A stretch of 35,717 nucleotides of DNA from Candidatus Eiseniibacteriota bacterium (GTDB taxonomy: Bacteria; Eisenbacteria; RBG-16-71-46; DASYSL01), in assembly GCA_046598045.1 (NCBI GenBank), contig JBKJJJ010000196.1, positions 1-35,717 on the forward strand, in the 5' to 3' direction. Under the pieces are notes generated by a model. The model had not been told where the DNA came from. It was given only the letters and a program-made list of their open reading frames with translations, and did not search any database. Positions 9,355 through 18,989 of this stretch are shown piece after piece. Each line of letters starts with the position of its first letter. Within the stretch, counting starts at the first letter, position 1. Both the position numbers and the translations under genes were made by a program.

Positions 9355-9939
9355 TCAGCACCGTAACTCCCGCACTCCCTCCCTCAGCTCCTCGTCACTC
9401 GGATGCGTGTACACAACGGTCGTCAGCGGACTCGCATGCCGGGCGAATCGCTGCGCCAGGAACAAGTCTTTCGAAGCGCGATAGACGTTCGTGATCGCCG
9501 TGTGCCGCAGCGCGAAAAACGCATAGAGCCGATCGAACCCGGCCTCGATCTGCAGTTCCCGGAACGGCACCTGCACCCTGCGCTTCGAGATCCGCCGGCG
9601 GGTTTGGGAGCAGAGGAGCAGCGCTGCGGCACCGACGCGCTCTCGCTGCTCGATCTTCCACGCCCAGAACCGCGCGAGCTTCGGCCTGAGGCCATCGGGC
9701 AGGAACACGTCGCCTGCTCGTCCGCCCTTGGCGATCTCGGCTCGGAGACGGACGCGCACGCGAGACTGGCCCCCTGGCAGGTAGACGTCGCCGACGTCGA
9801 GGCCGACGAGTTCAGCGAGGCGGAGACCGGTGCCGAGGGCGAGGGAGATGAGGAGCGCCACGCGGGGGCGATCCTGGACCGCCCCAAGGAGTGCCAGTTG
9901 GTCGGCTCGAGTCAGGGTGACGGGGCTGAGCTTGCTCAC
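9355..9939 (-). CDS. Minimal (catalytic-domain-only) tyrosine recombinase
   Basis: TGLR, AKGG, ALRHT, RHAS...TTVVYTH; only 194 aa; the HxxR His is replaced by Phe (FFALRH). Confidence 0.9.
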   Translation of the reverse strand: MSKLSPVTLTRADQLALLGAVQDRPRVALLISLALGTGLRLAELVGLDVGDVYLPGGQSRVRVRLRAEIAKGGRAGDVFLPDGLRPKLARFWAWKIEQRERVGAAALLLCSQTRRRISKRRVQVPFRELQIEAGFDRLYAFFALRHTAITNVYRASKDLFLAQRFARHASPLTTVVYTHPSDEELREGVRELRC

Positions 9940-10153
9940 AGGGAGCCGAGAGATCCGAGCCAGTTATGGGAGGCCACATTCAGATTCAGGCCGACATCAA
10001 CAGGGATATCAAGCCTGCGTCGACAGCTCGGGCCCTTGTAGCTTCCTCAGGGGGGTGGTAGCCTCATCGGGCCTTTGGGCCGGGGCGCTGACGCTGGCTA
10101 GACTCTGGCTTCATATCTCATCCTCACACATCACTCAAACCGGTCACCTCCGC

Positions 10154-11146
10154 ATGAATGCTGCTCGAATCCCGGCCTTGACAGGCATCTTGCTCCTCGG
10201 AGTTTTCATCTCCGCGGTGAGTCGCCCCGTGCTTGCGGCGGAGGCCCCGCCTGTCCTTGTTCTGTCTTGGGGCTCGCCTGGCTCGGGGCCCGGGCAGTTT
10301 AGCAATGCAGAGGCTATTGCCGTCGATCCGTCGGGTTACGTCTATGTCACTGATCCATCCAATGCCCGAGTCGAGAAGTTCGATGCCAGCGGCAACTTCA
10401 TCTTGAAGTTCGGTTCTTTTGGAAGCGGACTGGGCCAGTTCCTCATGCCGTACGGCGTGGCCTGCGATGCGAGCGGAAACGTCTACGTCACGGATCAGGT
10501 GGCAAATACCGTCACGAAGTTTACCTCGACCGGAAGCTTCCTAAAACGGTGGGGGTCTACTGGCTCGGGAACCGGTCAACTCTACTACGCCTCGGCGATC
10601 GATGTCGGGCCCGACAACACGGTCTATGTGGCCGATTTTCAAAATCAGAGAATTGAGCGATTCGACGCTAATGGCAGGTTCCTCGCTGCATTTGGCTCCG
10701 CCGGCTATGGCGATGGGCAGTTCGATGGACCAATCGGTCTAGCCGTTACGCCCTCCGGCCTTGTCTGCGTGGCGGACCAGGGTGGAGATCGCGTTGAGGA
10801 GTTCGATGCCTCCGGCCAATTCCTGCTGAAGTGGGGCAGTCCGGGAGAGGGGAATGGGTTGTTTAACCGTCCCGGGGGTCTGGACGCCGACGCCATTGGC
10901 CAGATCTTCGTCACCGACCAGACGAGTCAATACATAGAAAAGTTCGACTCTGCGGGCAACTTCATCACTTCCTGGCTAGCCGGAGCTCATGCCCCCGACC
11001 AGGCAGCCTCGGAGCCAATCGATGTAGCCGTCAGTCAGAGCGGCGATGTGTATGTCCTCTCGAGCGGCAAGGTGCAGAAGTTCAGCCCGGCTGCGACGCC
11101 CGCCGTACGCAGCTCTTGGGGTCTGCTGAAAGCGCGATATCGATAG
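10154..11146 (+). CDS. Exported NHL-repeat beta-propeller with SWGLLKARYR tail
   Basis: Signal peptide; six WGSxGxGxGQF...P.GIAVD..G.VYV.D repeats; C-terminus ATPAVRSSWGLLKARYR. Confidence 0.9.
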   Translation: MNAARIPALTGILLLGVFISAVSRPVLAAEAPPVLVLSWGSPGSGPGQFSNAEAIAVDPSGYVYVTDPSNARVEKFDASGNFILKFGSFGSGLGQFLMPYGVACDASGNVYVTDQVANTVTKFTSTGSFLKRWGSTGSGTGQLYYASAIDVGPDNTVYVADFQNQRIERFDANGRFLAAFGSAGYGDGQFDGPIGLAVTPSGLVCVADQGGDRVEEFDASGQFLLKWGSPGEGNGLFNRPGGLDADAIGQIFVTDQTSQYIEKFDSAGNFITSWLAGAHAPDQAASEPIDVAVSQSGDVYVLSSGKVQKFSPAATPAVRSSWGLLKARYR

Positions 11147-11317
11147 GCGGGATCGCTCTCTTGCTATCGGACAGCCGCCCCAGGTGCGCCGTCCGCCGGG
11201 ATCGGTAGAATTCGATATAGACGCCCAACGTCAGATCGAGTGAGGACCACCCGCGAGCAGGAGTCGAGAGTGGGCATGGGCAGGGACAGGGCGCTAGCGA
11301 GCTCATGGAGCCGACCC

Positions 11318-12523
11318 ATGGTCTCGCTCCGTCAGGCGGGCGGCAATAACTGCGGACTCGCGGTGGCGCTTGCCGTTGGAGCGGTGCTTCTGTTCACGGC
11401 AGATCTGCTATCACCGCGATGGGCTGCCGGCACAGAGGGCAGCATTCTAGGAGCGTACGTGCTCATCGCTCCTGAAGCCGCCCCTTACCCCGCGGACTGG
11501 CGTGTCCGTGGGTTTGAAGGAGTTGTCGACGTCGACGTGGCGATCGATTCCGCAGGGAACGTCACATCGGCAAGGGTGAATCGGCCGGGGACCGCGGATA
11601 CCGATAGCGCCGCAGTCCGCACCGCCAGGAAATGGAAGTTCCAGTATGCGCGCGACGAAAGGGGCTTCCCACGAACGCAGGAGCTAACCCTGCCGATCCG
11701 GTTCCGGCACCCGCGCTCTCCGAATCTCGTTTGGACGCAGTGGCGGCATTCGAGCGCAATCGGCACGACACTTGACTACCAAGGTCGAGCCGTGAACATT
11801 GCGGTCTCGATTGAGTGCAGCACGGTCGTGGATTCGGTCACAGGCGAGTACGAATACCATTACAAGGTGACCAATGACGGGCGAAGCCAAGCCCCGCTGC
11901 TCTACTTCGCGGTCTTCCCGATTCAGTTCGAGACTTGTACGCAGATCACTTCACATGGGGCCGAGCATGGCTGGGGTGGTTTTCAAAGCTGCGATGAACA
12001 CACGGACGTAGCCGGCTGGATGGCTGTTGACCATGATCCGGCGAAGGATTCAGCGAAGCGCGCCCTTTTGCCGGGGGAATCCCTGATCGACCTGAACTTC
12101 AAGTCCTTCGATCCTCCCGACCGAGGTCGTTGGGTCGCGGGCGGAGGTGTAGGCTGCGGCCCGGCATGCTTTCCGTGGGCGGCCGCATGCTCGCTGTCGG
12201 GAACGCTCAGCGGCATCGCCTCCACCCCCAAGGCAAACGCCGTCGGCTTTCGTGGCGATCTCATGACCGAGATCATCGGCCCAGGGATAGGCGGCATTCC
12301 CGGTGCAAAACTCGAAGTCCTGGGTACCGGCCTATCCGTGGAGCCTGAAGCGAACGGCAGTATTCGCCTGCCAAATGTGCCGATTGGCAAATTTCGCGTC
12401 CGAGTGACGGCAACCGGATTTGTTCCCTATGAAGATTGGATCGACATGGGACCAATCTACACTTATATGAAGTTGATCAGGATGGTTCAGGTCGGACCTC
12501 CCGGTAGCGGGAGGACCGAGTAA
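11318..12523 (+). CDS. TonB C-terminal-domain protein with C-terminal carboxypeptidase-regulatory-like domain
   Basis: YP..W...GFEGVVDVDVAIDSAGNV...DSAAVRTARKWKF; C-terminal GIPGAKLEV...NVPIGKFRVRVTATGF; GGAG RBS. Confidence 0.7.
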   Translation: MVSLRQAGGNNCGLAVALAVGAVLLFTADLLSPRWAAGTEGSILGAYVLIAPEAAPYPADWRVRGFEGVVDVDVAIDSAGNVTSARVNRPGTADTDSAAVRTARKWKFQYARDERGFPRTQELTLPIRFRHPRSPNLVWTQWRHSSAIGTTLDYQGRAVNIAVSIECSTVVDSVTGEYEYHYKVTNDGRSQAPLLYFAVFPIQFETCTQITSHGAEHGWGGFQSCDEHTDVAGWMAVDHDPAKDSAKRALLPGESLIDLNFKSFDPPDRGRWVAGGGVGCGPACFPWAAACSLSGTLSGIASTPKANAVGFRGDLMTEIIGPGIGGIPGAKLEVLGTGLSVEPEANGSIRLPNVPIGKFRVRVTATGFVPYEDWIDMGPIYTYMKLIRMVQVGPPGSGRTE

Positions 12524-12601
12524 TGCGGGAAAGGATAAATGGAATCCTGGTCCGCTCTCGTCGACGGTCTTGATACTTGCAAGCGTTCAGTGGAGGACGG
12601 G

Positions 12602-13075
12602 ATGAACACGCGCGATGAAACCACGGTGCCGCCAGCTGGCAAGGAATCGCACAGCCCACACAGATCGACGACAAGTAGCACCTCAGGTAAGGCCAAGCCT
12701 TCGCAGAGGCGTACCCGGAAGTCGGCAGTCAGAAAGGCCGCATCTCAGAAGGTCGCGCGAAAGCGCGGCCCCGGCAAGCGGTACACGAAAGCTGAGAAGG
12801 CGAAGATCCTCGCAGCCGCGGCGAAGGGCAACATGACCGGCGAGCAGGTCGCGAAGCAGTTCGGCATCTCGACGCTGTCATTCTACCGGTGGCGGGGGCC
12901 GGTGCGGAAGGATGCAGTCGCGCGGATGGGCAAGCGTGGCCCCGGTCGACCGAAGAGGAGCGGCAAGATCGAGGTGGACCTGCAGGCCATTCGGCGGGCG
13001 GTCCAGGTGAAGATCCGGAAGCTCCTGCCGCGGATCGTCCGGGAAGAGGTAGCACTCCTCGTGAAGGGACTCTAG
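12602..13075 (+). CDS. Basic HTH DNA-binding protein (HTH_Tnp_1-like fold plus AT-hook-like motif)
   Basis: RYTKAEKAKIL...GEQVAKQFGISTLSFYRWR; KRGPGRPK; GGAGG RBS before ATG 12602. Confidence 0.75.
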   Translation: MNTRDETTVPPAGKESHSPHRSTTSSTSGKAKPSQRRTRKSAVRKAASQKVARKRGPGKRYTKAEKAKILAAAAKGNMTGEQVAKQFGISTLSFYRWRGPVRKDAVARMGKRGPGRPKRSGKIEVDLQAIRRAVQVKIRKLLPRIVREEVALLVKGL

Positions 13076-13561
13076 ATGGCGCGCACGGCGGTCGTGACGG
13101 CGCTGCTATTGGGCTTGATGTGTTCTCGCATCTGCGCCTCGGAAGCGCCTCAAGACGGCGCGAAGGCTGACCTGAACTCCAATGCCCCTCCCAGAGCCTG
13201 TCCTGTTCCGATCCTGGTTAGGGATAAGGGCAGCAAGGGAATTGAGCCGGATACCACGTGGTATGGATTTGGTCCCGCGATCACCGGAGCCCGAGCGAGA
13301 GGGACGAAGGACCGCTGGGTTGTCGACTACACGTGGTTTCGACTCAGCAATGCTCTCGACAAGATCTACAGCATGTCCCAACTGGATAGCCTTGAACTTC
13401 TGGGCTTAGTCGACAGCGCCTCCAGCGCGGGCACGGTAACTTGGCGTACTGTGCTTCAAGCCGAGACTCCAAAGGAAGCTCAAGCCAAAGCAAAGAGCTT
13501 GCGGCCAGTCAGTGCGCCGAAATCGTTGTGGCAGGCAGTGCGGCGGCGTTCCACACGATAA
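13076..13561 (+). CDS. Hypothetical exported protein
   Basis: Starts immediately after the HTH gene stop; signal-peptide-like N-terminus. Confidence 0.55.
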   Translation: MARTAVVTALLLGLMCSRICASEAPQDGAKADLNSNAPPRACPVPILVRDKGSKGIEPDTTWYGFGPAITGARARGTKDRWVVDYTWFRLSNALDKIYSMSQLDSLELLGLVDSASSAGTVTWRTVLQAETPKEAQAKAKSLRPVSAPKSLWQAVRRRSTR

Positions 13562-13599
13562 TCGTTGAGCCCAGCCTGCCCACTCGCACTGAGCCTGTC

Positions 13600-13722
13600 G
13601 GTCGGAAGAGAAGCGGTCAGATCAAGGTGGATCAGAACGCCATTCGTCGGGCGCTGCAGGCGGAGATCCGAAGGATGCTGCCGCGGATCACTTGGGAAGA
13701 GGTGGAGGCGGCGCTGAGATAG
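13600..13722 (+). pseudogene. 3' stub of HTH gene paralog
   Basis: GRKRSGQIKVDQNAIRRALQAEIRRMLPRITWEEV vs KRSGKIEVDLQAIRRAVQVKIRKLLPRIVREEV (12944-13075). Confidence 0.85.
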
Positions 13723-13777
13723 ACGACGTGAAGCGCCGGGATCGCCCGTGCTCCGAAGTCAGGCCATGAGGACTACC

Positions 13778-14512
13778 ATGCCGCGCCAAATTATCATGGG
13801 AACTGCGACCGTTCTTCTCCTCGCCATGGGGTGCGCCGCAGGCGCGCACGCGAATCCGGCTCAGAGCGGCTCCTACCAGCTTGAGTTGCCTCGGCGAGCC
13901 CTGGCGCCCGGAGAATCCATCCAGCTGCGTCTCGCGCCGCCGGCTCCACGAGGAACCCGTGTGCGTTTCCTCGCCACGAGGGGCTCCGAGAGCGTCGGGC
14001 TCTTGAACGGACTCTATCGCGCCCCGTTTATCATTGGGCCAGGAGCCTTGTCGGTCGAGGTGTCCGCCATCATCGGACTGAAGGGCAGTGAGCAAAGCGT
14101 CTCGGCGGAGATTGCCCTGGCACCGGGCAGCATCGCCGGGGCGGAGGATTGCCTTGGTCCGGGCCAATCCTTCTCCACAGTTACCGCTGACATCAAACCC
14201 GACTACTTGTTCGTGGACCAACTGCCGCAGCTGATCCACCGCGTCGAGCCCGAATACCCAAGGAGTGAGTTCGTGCGCGGTGTCTCAGACACGATCTCGA
14301 TTCAGGCGCTGGCATGCCGGACCGGGCGGGTGCTCGATGCCACCGTTCTGAGGGTCTTTCGAGAGACCAGCGACTCCGAACCGATCGAACACGACCCGAA
14401 GCTCGTCGCAGCGGCAATCGCGGCGGTCAAGCAATACGTGTTTAGACCGGCGATCTTATCGGGGCAGCCGGTCGCAGTAAAGATCACGACTGCGGTGGTG
14501 TTCAAGCGGTGA
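13778..14512 (+). CDS. Exported protein with TonB C-terminal domain
   Basis: Signal peptide; LIHRVEPEYP...GRVLDA...AAIAAVKQYVFRPAILSGQPVAVKITTAVVF. Confidence 0.75.
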   Translation: MPRQIIMGTATVLLLAMGCAAGAHANPAQSGSYQLELPRRALAPGESIQLRLAPPAPRGTRVRFLATRGSESVGLLNGLYRAPFIIGPGALSVEVSAIIGLKGSEQSVSAEIALAPGSIAGAEDCLGPGQSFSTVTADIKPDYLFVDQLPQLIHRVEPEYPRSEFVRGVSDTISIQALACRTGRVLDATVLRVFRETSDSEPIEHDPKLVAAAIAAVKQYVFRPAILSGQPVAVKITTAVVFKR

Positions 14513-14675
14513 TCGCGGGAGGGCGATGTGCGAGCACCGACCCAGCCCGAAGGCCGGACGATCGCACGCTCAGAAGCTCCTGCCGCATGAGGCACGAGGG
14601 CCAGACATGGCGCACTCGGGAACCATTCTCGCGCTGGTATTAGTACGAAGATCGCGCCATCGGAACGGATTACCC

Positions 14676-14725
14676 GGTTCGCACACCGACCAATGCGCCG
14701 AGCCAAATGTGGCTGTGTGCGGTCC
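14676..14725 (+). repeat. attP-like dyad, repeat copy 2
   Basis: GTTCG-N18-GA(14700)-N18-CGGTC; arms GTTCGCACAC / GTGTGCGGTC are imperfect inverted repeats. The ~55 bp upstream nearly match the sequence upstream of copy 5. Confidence 0.85.
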
Positions 14726-14727
14726 AG

Positions 14728-14759
14728 GCCTCCCTTGCCTGCGGGCGGGGGAAGGTTTT
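14728..14759 (+). terminator. Leader terminator hairpin (copy 2)
   Basis: GCCTCCCTTGCCTGCGGGCGGGGGAAGGTTTT, homologous to 3144. Confidence 0.6.
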
Positions 14760-15056
14760 GCGTTGAGGGCTCGGGGCGCGCCAGACTCGCCATCGGGTAT
14801 ACCCAGAGGCAGCCCAATCGTGCCATGAACGCTGGTCCGAAGAACGGGGACACTCCAGCCTCCCCCGCCTTCTGGCGTGGGAGGTTCTGATTCGGGCGGG
14901 GCCTCCGACGTGAGGTAGCTCGGAGAAGTGCGGCGAGGGCTCCGACGCCGCAGACACTGGGTCCCGAGCTTGCAGGAGCGCGTTCGCAATGCTTCAATGG
15001 TAGGAGTCGCGTGAGCCAAACGCGCAGGCGACGCGACCGGGACAGGAGGGTGGAGT

Positions 15057-16070
15057 ATGCAACTGTCCATGATGCGCGGCCAACGCCTTGGCGTTGTCAT
15101 ACGATCGATCCCGAGCCTGGCCATGCTCGCCATCGCGCTCGGTGACCCCGGGCAGGCACAAGCCCAGACGTACACGGCCTTCCTCGTGTTCAGCCGCATG
15201 ACAACGAAGGAGCTGGCGACCTGCCAGTTCAAGCTGACCCGGAATGTCCTGGTGGTGGACAGCGTTCCTCCACCGACCTACATGTTCGCCACGTCGATGG
15301 CGGTCGTGGACTTGCATGCGTTCTACTCATTCCAACGGCGCGGCTTCTCCTACATCAGTGACTACATGGAGACCGCAAACACGCAGCCCGATGCCTTTGT
15401 GAGTCCGAAGGTGACCGTCCTGACCGCGCGCGAACTCCGGGCTGCGATCGCGGCAGTTAGCGTGCTGTCGGGGGTGGTCGACGGCGGGGTCGATTCTTCC
15501 GCCGAATTGTCGTTCTCCCTGCTTCAGAAGAGCGGCGGCACGGCGCACTGCTTCGAGTCCCTGCTCGACGCCGCGAACGCCACGCTCCTGCTCTCGGCGC
15601 TGAAGGTGGCCTTGGTGGCCAATGCCCCCGCGTACGACGCCCTGGCGGAGGTGGCCTGCTCCAACCGGTGGCTGGGGCCGACGAACGCGAGCTTGCTCTC
15701 GAGCTCCGAGGTCCGGATCACCGTGACCGAGCCGCGGCGAAATCGGTCAGCCGGCGACGAGCGGTTCAACGGGAGCGTCACGGTCACGAACGTCTCCTCT
15801 CGGACCCTGCTTCCGCCGCTGTTCCTTGTCCTGGGTAACAAGGATTGCCTCGTGACCCTTCTCGGCAAGAGTGGTTGCACCTGCATGATCAAGCCATCGG
15901 GAGCCCCATATCTCATCCTGCCGATCGGTTCCGGTCTGGCCCGGAACACGAGGGTCACGCTTCCGCTCGCGTTCGAGAATCCACTGGGCAACCCGATCGA
16001 GCTGACCTACCTGGCCCCGGGCAATCTGGACGTCTCTCCACGGGTGTTCCAGGGAACCGGCGAGCGCTGA
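15057..16070 (+). CDS. Hypothetical exported protein with C-terminal Ig-like domain
   Basis: GGAG RBS; signal peptide ending AQA; VTVTNVS...LFLVL...LAFENP Ig-like tail. Confidence 0.65.
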   Translation: MQLSMMRGQRLGVVIRSIPSLAMLAIALGDPGQAQAQTYTAFLVFSRMTTKELATCQFKLTRNVLVVDSVPPPTYMFATSMAVVDLHAFYSFQRRGFSYISDYMETANTQPDAFVSPKVTVLTARELRAAIAAVSVLSGVVDGGVDSSAELSFSLLQKSGGTAHCFESLLDAANATLLLSALKVALVANAPAYDALAEVACSNRWLGPTNASLLSSSEVRITVTEPRRNRSAGDERFNGSVTVTNVSSRTLLPPLFLVLGNKDCLVTLLGKSGCTCMIKPSGAPYLILPIGSGLARNTRVTLPLAFENPLGNPIELTYLAPGNLDVSPRVFQGTGER

Positions 16071-16181
16071 TTGGCTCATCAACCGCGGAGCATTCGCGCT
16101 TGCCGGAGTCCCCGGCAATCGCCCGCGGGGCGCCAAGTCGTTGAATCGCAGTCCGGCCTCCGCCGTTGGAGGTAGGCAGGG

Positions 16182-16231
16182 AGTTCGATGCGAGCAAAGG
16201 AAGAAGAGCCAAATGTGGCTGTGTGCGGTCC
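16182..16231 (+). repeat. attP-like site, repeat copy 3 (divergent left arm)
   Basis: GTTCG-N18-GA(16206); left arm differs in sequence but keeps the spacing; right arm identical to the other copies. Confidence 0.8.
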
Positions 16232-16233
16232 AT

Positions 16234-16265
16234 GCCTCCCTTGCCCGCGGGCGGTGGAGGTTTTT
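16234..16265 (+). terminator. Leader terminator hairpin (copy 3)
   Basis: GCCTCCCTTGCCCGCGGGCGGTGGAGGTTTTT. Confidence 0.7.
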
Positions 16266-16495
16266 GCGTATTTGGGGGAGCGCTTGATCGGTGAGGCTGG
16301 CCGCAATCGTAACGGCGCGCGCAGCTAGGGCACGTAGGCGAACTGTCTATGAAATCTGGACAAGCTCATCGTGCTCCGGAGGGCTTGCCGGGCTGGGCGG
16401 CGCCAACAGAGTTCGTGCGCACGTCATGGGCGTGACTCAATCGTCTCAGGGAATGGAATCTCCGGCAAACCCGGGGCGGTTCACATCGACCGATC

Positions 16496-17029
16496 CTAGC
16501 GGCGCCCGGACAACGGACTCGGGTCGGCGAGGAATGTCTTCCGGATCAATCCCTCCACCGCGGACATTGCTGCTTCCAACTCGGCGCGTTTCCGGTTCAC
16601 CTCCGGATCTGCGTCCGTATCCTTGGCGAGTGCCTCGGCGCAGCTCTCCCCGAGTGGCAGTCGTCCGTCGTGCTGCCCCAACTGCGCCAGTAGGTCTTTC
16701 ACGCGCCCAATCCGCTTCAGCGCCTCGGCGATCTGATCCTTTGCCCGTTCCACGTCCACAGCGCCGCGCCGCACGTCCTGAAGCAACCGGCACTCGAAGG
16801 TTTGGCAGCACTCCGGACGATGCTGGTAGATGGCGCATCGTCTTCCCCGCAACGCCACACACGGCTGCAACAGCTGCGCTCCGCTTGGGTCATCGTCCTC
16901 GATCTCCATCCCCATGGCTTCCAACCGCGTGGCTTCCGCGCGGCCGGCCAGCTCGACGTCGGCAAACAGCGACCCGTCGCAGCACAGCCCGCATCGCGTG
17001 CATAGGGTTTCCGTGAGGCTCCGTTTCAT
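16496..17029 (-). CDS. YkgJ-family (CxxCxxCC) cysteine-cluster protein
   Basis: LCTRCGLCC...QPCVAL...CAIYQHRPECCQTFEC. Confidence 0.85.
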   Translation of the reverse strand: MKRSLTETLCTRCGLCCDGSLFADVELAGRAEATRLEAMGMEIEDDDPSGAQLLQPCVALRGRRCAIYQHRPECCQTFECRLLQDVRRGAVDVERAKDQIAEALKRIGRVKDLLAQLGQHDGRLPLGESCAEALAKDTDADPEVNRKRAELEAAMSAVEGLIRKTFLADPSPLSGRR

Positions 17030-17105
17030 GGAGGGATAGTGGCGGCTCCTGCGGCCCGATGAAAGCGCTGTAATGCTAAATGCGCACCAGTTTAGCTCTG
17101 CTGAA

Positions 17106-17683
17106 TCAGCACGCTAGGTCCCGGACCCTCTGAGACAGCTCTTCATCGGATACATGAGTGTAAGTCACCGTGGTGAGCGGACTTGCATGCCTCGCAAACC
17201 GCTGCGCCAGGAACAGGTCCTTCGACGCGCTGTGGTCGTTTGTGATCGCCGTGTGCCTCAGCGCGTGAAACGGATAAAGGCGATCGAACCCGGCCTCGAC
17301 CTGCAGTTCGCGGAACAGGGCCTGGACCGTGCGCGTGGAGATCCGCCGGCGGGTCTGCGCGCAGAGGAGCGGGCGGTGGGATCGAGGCGCTCCCGGCGCT
17401 CGATCTTCCACGCCCGGAACCGCACGAGCTTCGGCTTGAGGCCTTCGGGAAGGAAGACGTCTCCGGCTCGTCCGCGTTTGGCGATCTCCGCGCGAAGGCG
17501 GACTCGGAACCGTGGCTGACCACCTGGCAGATAGATGTCGCCGACATCGAGGCCGACGTGCTCAGCCAGGCGCAGGCCGGTGCCGAGGGCGACGAGGAGC
17601 GCCTCACGAGGGCAATCCCGGATCGCCTCGAGGAGCGCCAGCTGGTCGGCCTGCGTCAGGGTGGCGGGGCAGAGCTTCGTCAA
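17106..17683 (-). pseudogene. Frameshifted minimal tyrosine recombinase
   Basis: N-half (MTKLCPATLTQADQ...TGLR) and C-half (FHALRHT...TTVTYTH) lie in different frames, with the shift near 17380. Confidence 0.9.
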
Positions 17684-17880
17684 TGATCATGTTCCCCAGG
17701 GCATAAAGGGCTCATTCGAGATCAGCATTCAGCCTTGGATTCGCCCCGGCATCAAGCATTCAATGTGTTTGGAGAATTGGGAACAATCCGCTATTATTTC
17801 TGGCCCACACCACGCGGGCGTCGCGCGCCCAGCCCCAATGTCGGCAACACTTCCCGGCCCTTGCGCTCCTCGAGGTACCC

Positions 17881-18387
17881 ATGAAACTGCGTCCGTTCCT
17901 CATCGCGATCAGTCTCGTAGCAGCCACTCCGGTCCTCTCGCATTCCCAAGAGATGATCCCCAAGATCGAGTACCAAGGCGGGCATGCCGGGATGGATCGT
18001 AAGGTGAAGGGAACGCTGCTGATCAGCGACACCGACCTGCAGTTCTTGGACGCGAAGGGCAGTCAACTGATCGCGATTCCGCTTACGGAAATCCGAGACG
18101 TTTCCTCGGCCATTGACCGCAAAGATGCCAGCGTTGGGGCGAAACTCGCTATCGGATTCCTCGCCAAGTCTCGGAAGGATGAGCTGGTCACGATTTCATT
18201 CGAGACCGAGAAGACCGCAGAGGGCGTCATATTCAAGACGGATAAGAACGTGTCCGCAGGGCTTGTCGCGAAGATCCGGTTTCATATGAAGAAGGTCGGC
18301 TCGGCAGCGGGGTCGGATAGTCTCGGTCAGCAGACCATCCCCCACGCACCGGGAGCCCTCGGACCCGGGACGCCGTCGCAGCATTAG
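17881..18387 (+). CDS. Hypothetical exported protein (possible bacterial PH-like fold)
   Basis: GAGGT RBS, signal peptide, YQGGH...KGTLLISDTDLQF...IPLTEI. Confidence 0.7.
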   Translation: MKLRPFLIAISLVAATPVLSHSQEMIPKIEYQGGHAGMDRKVKGTLLISDTDLQFLDAKGSQLIAIPLTEIRDVSSAIDRKDASVGAKLAIGFLAKSRKDELVTISFETEKTAEGVIFKTDKNVSAGLVAKIRFHMKKVGSAAGSDSLGQQTIPHAPGALGPGTPSQH

Positions 18388-18392
18388 CCAAG

Positions 18393-18417
18393 GGTGAAGG
18401 ACCGCTACCGGAAGTAG
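18393..18417 (+). repeat. 25-bp stub encoding VKDRYRK*
   Basis: GGTGAAGGACCGCTACCGGAAGTAG, identical to 34133-34157. Confidence 0.85.
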
Positions 18418-18418
18418 T

Positions 18419-18916
18419 TTGGAGACACGCGTGTTCAAGATCGTACTCATTGCCATCATCGTGCTGGCTGTTCCGCCGGTCGATGCGTCTGCGGAAGTGC
18501 GCGCCTCCCTCCGCGGCGCGCACCGTAATTCCGCCGTACCTGCGGACTCGATAATTCTAGCCCATGTAAAGGGCGTCGAGGTCAGCCGGATCGATTCCAA
18601 ACTCGGGCCAGGAACGCTCGCTTTGTGGCTTTTGGAAGTTGTCGGCCGGGATTCCGCGATCACCTGGGAGGTGAACGACTGTGGGGAAGGCCCAAGAGAG
18701 GACACCGAGACGCCCATCTGCGTGGAGGCGGAGTGTCGGTTGCGCTCTGGATGCCGAGTCATCGTCTCCCTAATAGTCGGGAACAGTGAGAAGGGGACCG
18801 CCGGAATCCCGGAGTTGTGGAATGCGGAGGTCCAGGGAATGGGTCCTCCTATCGTGGTCAGCCGCCTGCGAGATCTAGCTCCGCAGTTACGTCGAGCTCG
18901 GTCGCGGCGCCATTGA
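18419..18916 (+). CDS. Hypothetical exported protein
   Basis: Signal-peptide-like IVLIAIIVLAVPPVDASA; WEVNDCGE...PICVEA. Confidence 0.6.
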   Translation: METRVFKIVLIAIIVLAVPPVDASAEVRASLRGAHRNSAVPADSIILAHVKGVEVSRIDSKLGPGTLALWLLEVVGRDSAITWEVNDCGEGPREDTETPICVEAECRLRSGCRVIVSLIVGNSEKGTAGIPELWNAEVQGMGPPIVVSRLRDLAPQLRRARSRRH

Positions 18917-18989
18917 TGCTGGTCTCGTCACGGATCCAAACCTGCCCAGCGATCTCCCTGTCTCATCGCGCAGCTGAACGTAGCCCGAA

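Larger units (their letters stand above)
3116..14699. mobile_element. att-delimited cassette 1 (~11.6 kb)
   Basis: Bounded by att copies at 3116 and 14700; no LSR gene inside. Confidence 0.7.
14700..16205. mobile_element. att-delimited cassette 2 (1506 bp, single gene)
   Basis: Between att copies 2 and 3; holds one credible CDS and no recombinase. Confidence 0.75.

Noticed and set aside
9355..9939. Classical integron (IntI + attC)
   Set aside because: The recombinase is too short and lacks the IntI-specific insertion; no attC-type sites recognised; junction geometry fits a serine recombinase
12602..13075. IS3-family transposase OrfA
   Set aside because: No downstream DDE OrfB and no terminal inverted repeats seen
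14858..14887. Extra hairpin GCCTCCCCCGCCTTCTGGCGTGGGAGGTTC as another att/leader copy
   Set aside because: It resembles the leader terminator, but no att arm precedes it, so it is not counted as a junction
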